The notes under the pieces are model-generated. The model saw only the letters and a program-made list of their open reading frames with translations. It made no database searches and was not told the DNA's origin. Shown here one piece after another: positions 55,671 to 64,000 of a DNA stretch of 64,000 nucleotides (its first letter is position 1; each line of letters begins with the position of its first letter). Origin of the DNA: Mayamaea pseudoterrestris (taxonomy: Eukaryota). The stretch spans positions 2,046,001-2,110,000 of the forward strand of contig BROI01000002.1 of NCBI GenBank assembly GCA_027923505.1. Direction: 5' to 3'. A program made the translations under genes and the position numbers.

Positions 55671-57272
55671 CTAATAGTCACCTTCGACTGAATCCGCATT
55701 AATGTTCATATCCAATTCCTCGCCGGTGACACGCTTGTAGAGCTGCATCATGTCGTCAACGTCAGTCTCAAAGTGCGATGTTGCATCCAGCGACGTGGAG
55801 ATGAAGCACTTATCCTGCAGACCATCTGCGACCGGCTTGTAAGTGTTGGTGACACTCATAAATCGCTGCTGAATGCGTCCGAGCAACTTTAAGCCTGGCA
55901 TAATGTCCTCGTCCGGGTCGCCCTTTTCCAAAATGGTCGAGACAATGGCAACGTACACTCCATCCGCTGAAACGTTCAAGCCATGACTGACACAGCAAAC
56001 GAAAATATCATTGACGCGGCCGACCTGCGGCCCTGGAATGATAATCTGCGCTGACTCTGCATTATTGGTATTTTCGATGGGATGATCCAAGAGACAAATG
56101 CAACGAACCACAACGCCAGTCGGTTCAATCTTTTCCTGCGGAAAGTACGACGGATCTCCAATAATCAAAGCAGCCTTGGCCATTTGATTGCCAGCCTTGA
56201 CTCCGTACGCTACGCCCTGCTCGTCAAAGAGAATCTCATCAATGTCCTGATTGAGCATAAACGTTCCTCCATGAATGGCGCAGATCCGCGAAAAGCCTTC
56301 CGGCAAGCCACCCAACCCATAGAGCGGATAAATGTACGGACTCGTTCCGTATCGCTTGAGCGAGTAGCAATAGGTTTGCAGCTTTTGCACCGTGCTCACC
56401 GCCGGCGAATCCATGTGCGACTCGTCCAGTTCCAAGCACATGGCATGCGAAATGAATTCATTCGTATCCGGCTGCAATCCAAAGTCCGTGTAGAGCTCCC
56501 GCATGGTCATCTTGGTCAGATCGCGGCCCTGATGCGTGCTCGCGTCTTCAAGCTTGTACGCGTCAATAAAGATCAAAAAGTTGCGGAAGCGGCGTTTTTC
56601 AAAGAGGCCCATGAGTCCACTCGAGAGCGCCTCCTGCGGAGTAGCAGGAACCTTGTGAATCTTCCCAGCCTTGTAAACATACGAGCAAGCAATCGATTTG
56701 AAATCAAGGTACTTTGTAACCTTGGTATGCAAAAGCATCTTTGTCAAATTGCCAGTCGCCATGATGAATTTCGGAATCAAATCAACGTTATAGTCGCGAT
56801 TGGATCCAAGGTTACTCGGCGGCTCGCCCGCTCGAAACTTTTCAAAGAGCGTCGAAAGGTTCAGCGAGGCGCCGTCCGCTCCATAGTAACCGTTGCGATC
56901 AATCTGAAGAACGCGCTTTCCCTTGACCGAAAGCAAACCGGAAATGACGCACTCCTTGAGGCCCGTGCCGAGGATAATGGCATCATACTCGCCGTCCGCG
57001 AGCGGCTCCATGCCTTCCGGGAGCCACTCAAAGGAGGTCTGTATGATATAATATGGAAGGGAGAATGATTGAAATGAGTCATTAGGAGGTGCACAAACAA
57101 TCTTGAGCCTTCTTGCTTCTTTGTGCTGTAGCAAGCGGAGTAGCGAATTCAGGTAAAACTAAGTTCCTCGCCAGCAAATACACCTATTTAACCGTGACTC
57201 TCATCTTTCATTTATTCATCGCCTGCATCAATTTACCTTGGTAGGTTCCTGTTCACTCGCAGCGTCGGCCAT
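55671..57272 (-). CDS. GDI1: Rab GDP-dissociation inhibitor; intron 57039-57236
   Basis: YDAIILGTGLKEC, DRNGYYG, RDYNVDLIPKF, SPYIYPLYGLGGLPEGFSR, DATSHFET. Confidence 0.96.
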
Positions 57273-57609
57273 GGTGGTTTTGATGTGCACGTCGTCGGCC
57301 GCTCATCGATGAATGTGACCGTTGGAGCTAGCTTAGCGCCTTTCCGTTGAGTCTGACTCGTGACTGAAGCAAGTCGTGGTTGAAACGCTTCACCATGGAG
57401 AAAGGGCCATCAGTATCAGTTAGGGGCGTGGAGCGGCTTCAAAGCAGAGGATCAAGCGAGTTAAATTTGACTTGCTCAACATCAGGAACTGTGATCAAGC
57501 TACTGAAGCTGTAAGAAGACTCATTGTTAAACTAAATCTCTCCTTATCGCGAAAGAAGAAACTTCCGAATCGAGGAAACGACCGCAGGCTACACTAGCAC
57601 AAGCAAAAC

Positions 57610-59181
57610 ATGTCCGACAAAAAATCACCACCACGGCCTGGCAAGGCTCGGATTGATCGACTAAGAATGGATCGAGTATATCCAACTGTTTCAAGCTTCT
57701 TTGACCTCATTAAATATTATGAGGCTGCTGAGAAGCTCTACAATGTTTTTCAGGAGGTGTACTTGCTCAAGCAACTGGACGAAGCTTTTGTATTTGGAGA
57801 GCGTTATTGCTACTTTTGCACGGATGAAGAAAAGGGAATTCCATCTCATGCCTACTATTTGACAAAAGAAAATGCGGAGCTCAAACGAAAGCATCATATG
57901 CAAGTCAGTCAAGTCATTGATCAACTCAAGACGGTAATGGACTGGATTGATCAAGAGGAAATTGAAAAGGAACTGCAGCAACAGATTGAGGAGGATCAAA
58001 AGCAGCGCGCCTTGGGTGAAACGCAGCAAGCAAAGTTAAATGACTTTCAACGGCGGCTAGAGCAACAGCAGCAGGAGCAAGCAAAACCTACAGGAACGCC
58101 AGAGCAAGTGCAAAAATCGGCCTTTGATAAGCTCGCCAGGCTTTCCAATGGGAACCACAAGGCGCAGCAAGAGCACTCCAGTTCGCGAAAAAAGCAAGAT
58201 CCGTCAGGAGACGTGCCCACGGGGAAGCCGTCAAGTCGATATGGTCTCATGGATGTTGATAGCGAAGACGATGAAAGTGATGAACTCCCTCCGCCCGTTC
58301 TGCCTCCTCCAGCTAATGGAGATGTGTCTCAGCCGCCTCCTCCTTCCTATCATACCGTTGCTAGTCGGCGCAACTTTCTTGGCCAAGCCAAGGTTCATCC
58401 TACCAATCTTCCACCGCCGCAGCAAGACTTGCCTCCGACTCCCAAGCCACTAACTATGTCGCAACTAACCCAGCAGTACAAGCAAGCCTATATTGAGTTT
58501 CATCATGCCGGTCGTATTCGCGTCACACCCATTCCTTCGTACCAAGGCCGCATCCCAGCGTCGACGAATGGATGCACAGTCATCTCCGCCCTTGTTGCGG
58601 CAAACCATTTACGCCGCGACCTGGTCACGGATACGATTGTACGCATTATGGACCAGGACTGTGTTCCGCTGCTGCAGCAGATCCGATCCAAGCTTGGACT
58701 GGGCGGATGCGCGCTCATTATACCAAGCGATGTGCACGACCATTTGGTGGATCGCAAGGTTTTGAAGCAAAACGAGTTTGAAGGTGCAGCAGGTGGCAAT
58801 ATTTTGGATCCAATACACTTTGGGTCGTTTACCAAGCTCTTGGCCGTTGGCGACGATGGCAAGGGTCACACAAGGCGGGCAGCGGCTACCTTGTTCTTTC
58901 GCGACCATGTCATTAGCATTGTCAAAATGGTTGGTGGAGGCAAAGTGCGGTACGACTTGGTAGACTCGCTGCCGGGCATGACAATGAGCGGTCAACCCAT
59001 GGCGACGCGGACGCACTGCCAAGACTTGGAGTCGCTGGAAGTCCTGCTGAAGTGGTACTGCTCTCGCAAATTCAGCGAGTCAAACTGTACATATATCGAC
59101 CGCAATAGCAAATGGGATGACGCCATGGCGGACTTTGATCCGCGGGTGTTTCAAGGGTTTGTTTGGATGCCAAAACAGTAG
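57610..59181 (+). CDS. USP8/AMSH-type MIT (USP8_dimer) domain + Pro-rich linker + papain-like Cys-His-Asp domain; candidate deubiquitinase
   Basis: N-terminal KYYEAAEKL...AFVFGERY...IPSHAYY; PPSY motif; C-terminal YQG...NGCTVIS, FRDHVISI, YDLVDSL. Confidence 0.7.
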   Translation: MSDKKSPPRPGKARIDRLRMDRVYPTVSSFFDLIKYYEAAEKLYNVFQEVYLLKQLDEAFVFGERYCYFCTDEEKGIPSHAYYLTKENAELKRKHHMQVSQVIDQLKTVMDWIDQEEIEKELQQQIEEDQKQRALGETQQAKLNDFQRRLEQQQQEQAKPTGTPEQVQKSAFDKLARLSNGNHKAQQEHSSSRKKQDPSGDVPTGKPSSRYGLMDVDSEDDESDELPPPVLPPPANGDVSQPPPPSYHTVASRRNFLGQAKVHPTNLPPPQQDLPPTPKPLTMSQLTQQYKQAYIEFHHAGRIRVTPIPSYQGRIPASTNGCTVISALVAANHLRRDLVTDTIVRIMDQDCVPLLQQIRSKLGLGGCALIIPSDVHDHLVDRKVLKQNEFEGAAGGNILDPIHFGSFTKLLAVGDDGKGHTRRAAATLFFRDHVISIVKMVGGGKVRYDLVDSLPGMTMSGQPMATRTHCQDLESLEVLLKWYCSRKFSESNCTYIDRNSKWDDAMADFDPRVFQGFVWMPKQ

Positions 59182-59758
59182 ACTGTACGTTATGATACGG
59201 CTGAACAACGATTATTATGTAAATACTGGTCGCTGCGTTACCCATGTATTTCGGTAATTGTCTCTTGATGTGACGGAATAGCTACTGGCCGAGGTGAGCG
59301 CCAATTTCTCGACTTGTCGATACTCTCCGATCACCCATCTTGCAAGGCAACAAAGTACCTTAATTACAAACACTATGATTTGCCCTACGCTCGTCGACAG
59401 CAGACAGATCGTCTTACGTAGTAAAGTATCCTTTAACTATCATACTCTGCTTTTATGGTTATGCTCGTCGCAATTCGCACGCTTTTACTTCTCGAGATCC
59501 CTCCATCGACGACACGGCAAAATATTTTCCTCTTCTTTCCTATAGATGCAGCCGCATTTGTTGAGCCAAGAATAGCGTCAAAGGCTACGGGAAGATCTAA
59601 GGTCAAGAGATTTGCTAACTGACTGAAGGGCGTTAGCATTGTTAACGGTGAAAACTCGCCTTTCAAACTCAAAATGACTTCTCTGACGTGGGCTTAAATA
59701 AGTGTGACCAAACGCTTTCACCTCACATCTTCTCGCATTCCAAGATCCATTCACCACC

Positions 59759-61438
59759 ATGAGGGTTGCATCTCGATGCCGTCCTTCGTTCACAAATCGC
59801 TTTCTTCAATTTATTTTAGTGTTTAGTTACAGCAGCAATATTCCTGGTACTCAAGCTCTTTCTTCGCATACTCTTCTTTCGAAACGGCATGGCCATGACT
59901 TGCTTTCCGTCGAGCAATCCATCATACGCAACGATAGCCAAAGATTGACGACGCACGTTATCGGAAGCGACGAGTCGGGGACGGGCTGCATTGCCGGGCC
60001 AATCGTCTGCTGCAGTGTGTGTATCAAGCAAAGCTTACATGATTATCAAGCATTGCCGCACGTGAATGACGGCAAGCTTCTGGATGCTGCGACGCGACGA
60101 GACATCGTCAACCACGTCATGAAGCATCCCGAAATCTACGCCGTTGCAGTGGCTATCAGAACCAGTCAGCAGATTGATGCTTCAAGCGCGCAAACTGCCA
60201 GTCTTGATGGGCTTCGAGAGACAATCGAGTCGATCGTAGACCAAGCAAAGACGGACGAGTGTCAAACGTTCTACAGCATTGTCGACGGACACAAGTCGCC
60301 TCCACGCCTTTCCATTCCATCGAGACCCATGTTGCAGGCAGACGCCAAGGTTTATACCGTGGCCCTCGCATCCATTGTCGCACGAGTGACTCGTGACAAT
60401 CTCATGCTTGAACATTCCGCCCAATATCCGCCGTACGCCTTTGGCCGCAACGGAGGATACTCGTCGCCGATGCATGTGCAGGCGATTCACGCGCACGGAG
60501 TTTCGCCGATACACCGCAGAATGACCAAGCCAGTCAAGAATCGCAAAATTGGTGCGAGTAGTGGTCATGTTATTGATAGTGACGGCGGCATGACAAGGAG
60601 GGCGACATTGACTGGCATGACCGCAACATTTGCAGCGCTGGCATTGCAAATCAAACCGTCACTAACACTTGCCATGTCGATTGACCCAAAGACTAAAAGC
60701 TCGCTGCCAGACATTGGCGAGATTGAAGCGTCAGTTCCGACCGACTGGTCCATGATTGATAATCCATTCAATGACAATGCTGCGAGCAAACTGTTTGGTC
60801 GCTTGGATGCATCGAGCGACGCCAACTTTTACGCGGACCCACGATTCGTCGAGCACGTGGATGCCCAAGCTGTCGAAAGCATGACCAAGTATGTTTCTGA
60901 TACAGTCGCTGGGAAGGATGCAATACTTGATCTATGTACAAGCTGGACGAGTCACATTCGTGCATCCAACACTGACGAAATGTTGCTTCGACGAGTCGCC
61001 GGACTAGGAATGAACCAACGAGAGCTCGATGCAAACGCAGCATTGACGGAGCGAATCGTGCAAGACTTGAACGAGCAACCAGTATTGCCGTATGAGAGTA
61101 ATTCGTTTGTTATTGTGCTTTGCCAATTGAGCATTGACTACTTGACCAAGCCGCTGCAAGTTTGCGTAGAGATTGCTCGCGTTTTGAAACCAGGTGGATC
61201 CGTTCATGTCATCTTTTCGAACCGACTCTTTCTGCAAAAGGCAGTGGCAGTATGGACTGGAGCTGATGACAATGATCATTGCTTCATTGTTTCATCCTAT
61301 CTGCACTTTTGTCGCGATGGATTGTATAAAGATATACGAGCAGTGGATTTGTCGACGCGAAACCGTTCTGGTCGCATTGTTGGTGATCCACTCTACGTTG
61401 TCACTGCCACAAAAGCTGCCGCTGCTGCTGCTTCTTAA
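59759..61438 (+). CDS. RNase HII-like domain fused to a class I SAM-dependent methyltransferase (Methyltransf_11-like)
   Basis: GSDESGTGCIAGP, NDGK, IVDG, ADAK...ASIVARVTRD, GY...H...IHR; then DANFYADPRFVEHVD, LDLCTSWTSH, GLGMN, SIDYL, RVLKPGG, FSNR. Confidence 0.88.
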   Translation: MRVASRCRPSFTNRFLQFILVFSYSSNIPGTQALSSHTLLSKRHGHDLLSVEQSIIRNDSQRLTTHVIGSDESGTGCIAGPIVCCSVCIKQSLHDYQALPHVNDGKLLDAATRRDIVNHVMKHPEIYAVAVAIRTSQQIDASSAQTASLDGLRETIESIVDQAKTDECQTFYSIVDGHKSPPRLSIPSRPMLQADAKVYTVALASIVARVTRDNLMLEHSAQYPPYAFGRNGGYSSPMHVQAIHAHGVSPIHRRMTKPVKNRKIGASSGHVIDSDGGMTRRATLTGMTATFAALALQIKPSLTLAMSIDPKTKSSLPDIGEIEASVPTDWSMIDNPFNDNAASKLFGRLDASSDANFYADPRFVEHVDAQAVESMTKYVSDTVAGKDAILDLCTSWTSHIRASNTDEMLLRRVAGLGMNQRELDANAALTERIVQDLNEQPVLPYESNSFVIVLCQLSIDYLTKPLQVCVEIARVLKPGGSVHVIFSNRLFLQKAVAVWTGADDNDHCFIVSSYLHFCRDGLYKDIRAVDLSTRNRSGRIVGDPLYVVTATKAAAAAAS

Positions 61439-61660
61439 TTAGCGTCTATTGCGCAAGCCAGTAGAGTATAATTTCTGGTATGCTTTGTTTTTTTGTTTGT
61501 TTGTTGATGTGGTCCATCGTTCCAAAGCGGAACGCAGAAATAAAAAAAACAATATTCACACTATTTAATATTGTATATTAGTCTTTAACTTCATCCATTC
61601 TCTGCTCGAAAACGTTCCAGTGTAAGCTGCACCTTAACCGTTTCACAATCACAATACTTT

Positions 61661-62119
61661 TCAATGCGCAAACCCAGTCGCCGTATACACCTTGACTGGG
61701 TCATCATGTCGCGTCCAAGGCCATGCTCGGGCATCCTTGGCGCATTCCGCCGCAATATCCCAGGAACTGATAATGCCGACCCAATTTCCGTTACTATCCT
61801 TGACGAGTGCATGGTGCTTGAACGTCTTTTCAAGCAGCTTGGCAGCAGCGTCTCGTGAGTCATGCATGTTCAGCCAGGCGATTTCTTTATTCATTATCGT
61901 TTGAACTGGTTCACTCAAAGGTACTTGATCCTGATATGCCTTGACCAAGTCTGATTTAGTCACGAGACCAACTGGAGTCCTATTCGTGTCGTTTTCCTTG
62001 AGAACCACAACGGCTGAAACCTTCTCACGAACTATCAAATTCAAAGCGACCGACACTGGATCCGACTCCCGACAAGTAAAGGCGTCCATGCGAGGACACA
62101 TGAATGCTAGAACCTTCAT
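61661..62119 (-). CDS. CBS domain pair protein
   Basis: VSAVVV...PVGLVTKSDLV and HHALV...WVGIISSWDI form two CBS motifs. Confidence 0.85.
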   Translation of the reverse strand: MKVLAFMCPRMDAFTCRESDPVSVALNLIVREKVSAVVVLKENDTNRTPVGLVTKSDLVKAYQDQVPLSEPVQTIMNKEIAWLNMHDSRDAAAKLLEKTFKHHALVKDSNGNWVGIISSWDIAAECAKDARAWPWTRHDDPVKVYTATGFAH

Positions 62120-62410
62120 TTTACTGCTGCCACCGACCGTTTTATTTGTGCTGTGGTATTGGAATTGCTGTCAAAATGCTATGCGCAAGTAGTTTTCCTG
62201 GCGCAACTTGCCACAAAAACCATAATCATAGTCTCATTCAAACGGCGAGAGGCTTCGCAAAAGAGTTCCCATGGTGCTCATCGTCGAACATCGATCGCAA
62301 GTCGAACGGCGCTTGTCGCAGATTGATCTTTTCACTACCGATCGTTCAATCTATTGCGTCGGCTTTTAATCGGCAGCTGTCGCTCTTACGCCGCATATCA
62401 GCTTCTATAC

Positions 62411-64000
62411 CTAAATGGCGAGAGCATACTTCTTTATTTCGGTCAAGATGACATTCGTCGACACCAAGTCCTTGCAGAACGCCGGCGGCTTGTTGCGCCA
62501 GACTTTGCGGATGATATCATGGAAGCGGGTATAGTACAAGAGCAGCTGCGTCAAGACTTGCTTAAGAATCTCCATGCCGTTGCGAAAGTTCGAAAAGTAT
62601 GACAAAACATTGCGATTGATCAGTTCCATGTTCGATCTCCAATTGGAAGCAAAGTCGACGACGAGTGACTCAACCACTTGCATGTTCACATCATACGTCT
62701 CACCCTTTGGCGTCGCCGCAATGTGAGCTTCCGTTTGCTGGCAAAAGGCAATGAGCTTCGAAAAACCTGTCGCAAGCAGTTCTTCCTCCACAAAGACTTC
62801 TCGCTGGCGCATCAAATGCTCCACAAAGTAGTTGAATTCCTTGCCCACGACTCGGCGTTCCTGAAATGTACCAACCACCACATCCAAGTTATTGATGAGA
62901 AACACGACTCTCTTGGTATGTGTGGTCTGAATGTCAGCCAATCGCTGAAGCAGCGACCAGTACTCCTGCGTCAATTCATCCAAATCCTCCAAGAGCTTGT
63001 CGCCAGCCGATAGTTTGGCGGCATCGTCGCCAATGGGAGTTGTATGGGTTGACATTGCGGTCGCTGATGGCCGCTGAGGCGTTCTACTCTTATCCTTGTC
63101 GTGCTTATGTTGGCGTCCGCTGTCACTGCCAGCCATGCTCATGGTTTTGCGGTGCAGAATGGTCAAAACGCTGCAACAAAACTCGGCCATGCGCCGACTA
63201 ACAAAATTGGGATGCCAGCTATCTTCAACAGCTCCTAGCTGAGCAGGTGTCGCCGCTTGCAGACTCTTTAGGTTTTGGTCCATGACCGTCTTGAGGCGTG
63301 GCCAGAGCAATCGCGTAATTTGATCAAAAAAGGAGTCGAGCGAGTGAATCTTGCGGAGACGCATCTGACGCTTGAAAGCGTGAGTCACCTTGATCATGAG
63401 CAACAAGCAGAGCGCGTCGTAGCAGGCAAACAAGTAATTTTCAAGTTGCTCGAGCAAGATGCCAAGAGTTGTTTGAAACAGGGGAGTGAAACCATCCCGC
63501 TTGAAAAACTGTCGGCAAAAGACATGCTCGTTGGTAACGGCCTCGCATAAATGAGAAATGAGCGACCGAAACAAGCGCTCATAGTGATACTGCTTTTGCT
63601 CCGATAAAGCTACATGTGCAATGATTGGTTGCTCGGCGGCAGACGACTCTCCCGGACGTCCATCTTCATTGTCGTCCTCGTCGTCATCATTGTTTTCACC
63701 ACCCATGGCGAGACAGTCGGACGCGCGCGTCCCCAACTGAAACACGGGAGACCGTTTCGCTTGCCAACCTCCACTCGCGTTGCTCGCATTCCGCCCCTGC
63801 AGCCACGCATCCGACACAGCAATCACATCCTGTCGCAGCACCGTCTTGCGCGTGACATCCAGCTGCAGCAGCTGCGCCTGGTACGTTGAAAAGAGCGTCG
63901 CCATGGTTTTACTCATGCGCTCCACGTAGACGGCAAACAGTTCCTGCGCAACGACTGGACTCGCCCTCTGCAAAAAGTCTTGGAGCGCGGAGTATTTCAG
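62411..64000 (-). CDS. VPS52: Vacuolar protein sorting 52 (GARP/EARP subunit), 5'-truncated by the window end
   Basis: YERLFRS, EHVFCRQFF, CYDALCLLL, LLWPRLK, VSRRMAEF, VFLINN, FSNFRNGMEILKQVLTQLLLYYTRF. Confidence 0.9.
   Translation of the reverse strand: MKYSALQDFLQRASPVVAQELFAVYVERMSKTMATLFSTYQAQLLQLDVTRKTVLRQDVIAVSDAWLQGRNASNASGGWQAKRSPVFQLGTRASDCLAMGGENNDDDEDDNEDGRPGESSAAEQPIIAHVALSEQKQYHYERLFRSLISHLCEAVTNEHVFCRQFFKRDGFTPLFQTTLGILLEQLENYLFACYDALCLLLMIKVTHAFKRQMRLRKIHSLDSFFDQITRLLWPRLKTVMDQNLKSLQAATPAQLGAVEDSWHPNFVSRRMAEFCCSVLTILHRKTMSMAGSDSGRQHKHDKDKSRTPQRPSATAMSTHTTPIGDDAAKLSAGDKLLEDLDELTQEYWSLLQRLADIQTTHTKRVVFLINNLDVVVGTFQERRVVGKEFNYFVEHLMRQREVFVEEELLATGFSKLIAFCQQTEAHIAATPKGETYDVNMQVVESLVVDFASNWRSNMELINRNVLSYFSNFRNGMEILKQVLTQLLLYYTRFHDIIRKVWRNKPPAFCKDLVSTNVILTEIKKYALAI

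Noticed and set aside
50807..64000. Functional cluster of trafficking genes (ArfGAP, Rab GDI, MIT protein, VPS52)
   Set aside because: They are interspersed with unrelated genes and share no visible regulatory motif. Plausibly chance in a compact genome.

Overview
Eukaryotic nuclear DNA, most likely from a diatom or related stramenopile. The evidence is compact genes, short GT-AG introns (~70-200 bp), and several signal-peptide + 'AF' bipartite plastid presequences. Bases 1-8783 are a 169-bp satellite array of ~52 monomers that is open at the window start. It has a 6295-bp higher-order repeat and strong internal palindromes, and abuts ~2.6 copies of an unrelated ~176-bp repeat. The remaining ~55 kb holds ~28 protein-coding genes: fibrillin, a large disordered protein, two PPR proteins (one PPR-SMR), cullin-1, META, PsbP-like, TCAIM-like, class IV aminotransferase, sterol C14 reductase, three subtilisins, a fucosyltransferase-like protein, TMA46/ZC3H15, TAF1C-like, a mitochondrial phosphate carrier, ArfGAP, a WW protein, oligopeptidase B, Rab GDI, CBS and VPS52. 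The most notable items are the satellite architecture, a USP8/AMSH-type MIT domain fused to a papain-like Cys-His-Asp domain (candidate new deubiquitinase), an RNase HII-methyltransferase fusion, an in-frame stop in oligopeptidase B, triplicated TGACGT elements upstream of ERG24, and a candidate structured ncRNA near 50.1-50.3 kb. All calls are from reading the sequence by eye; no database searches were run.
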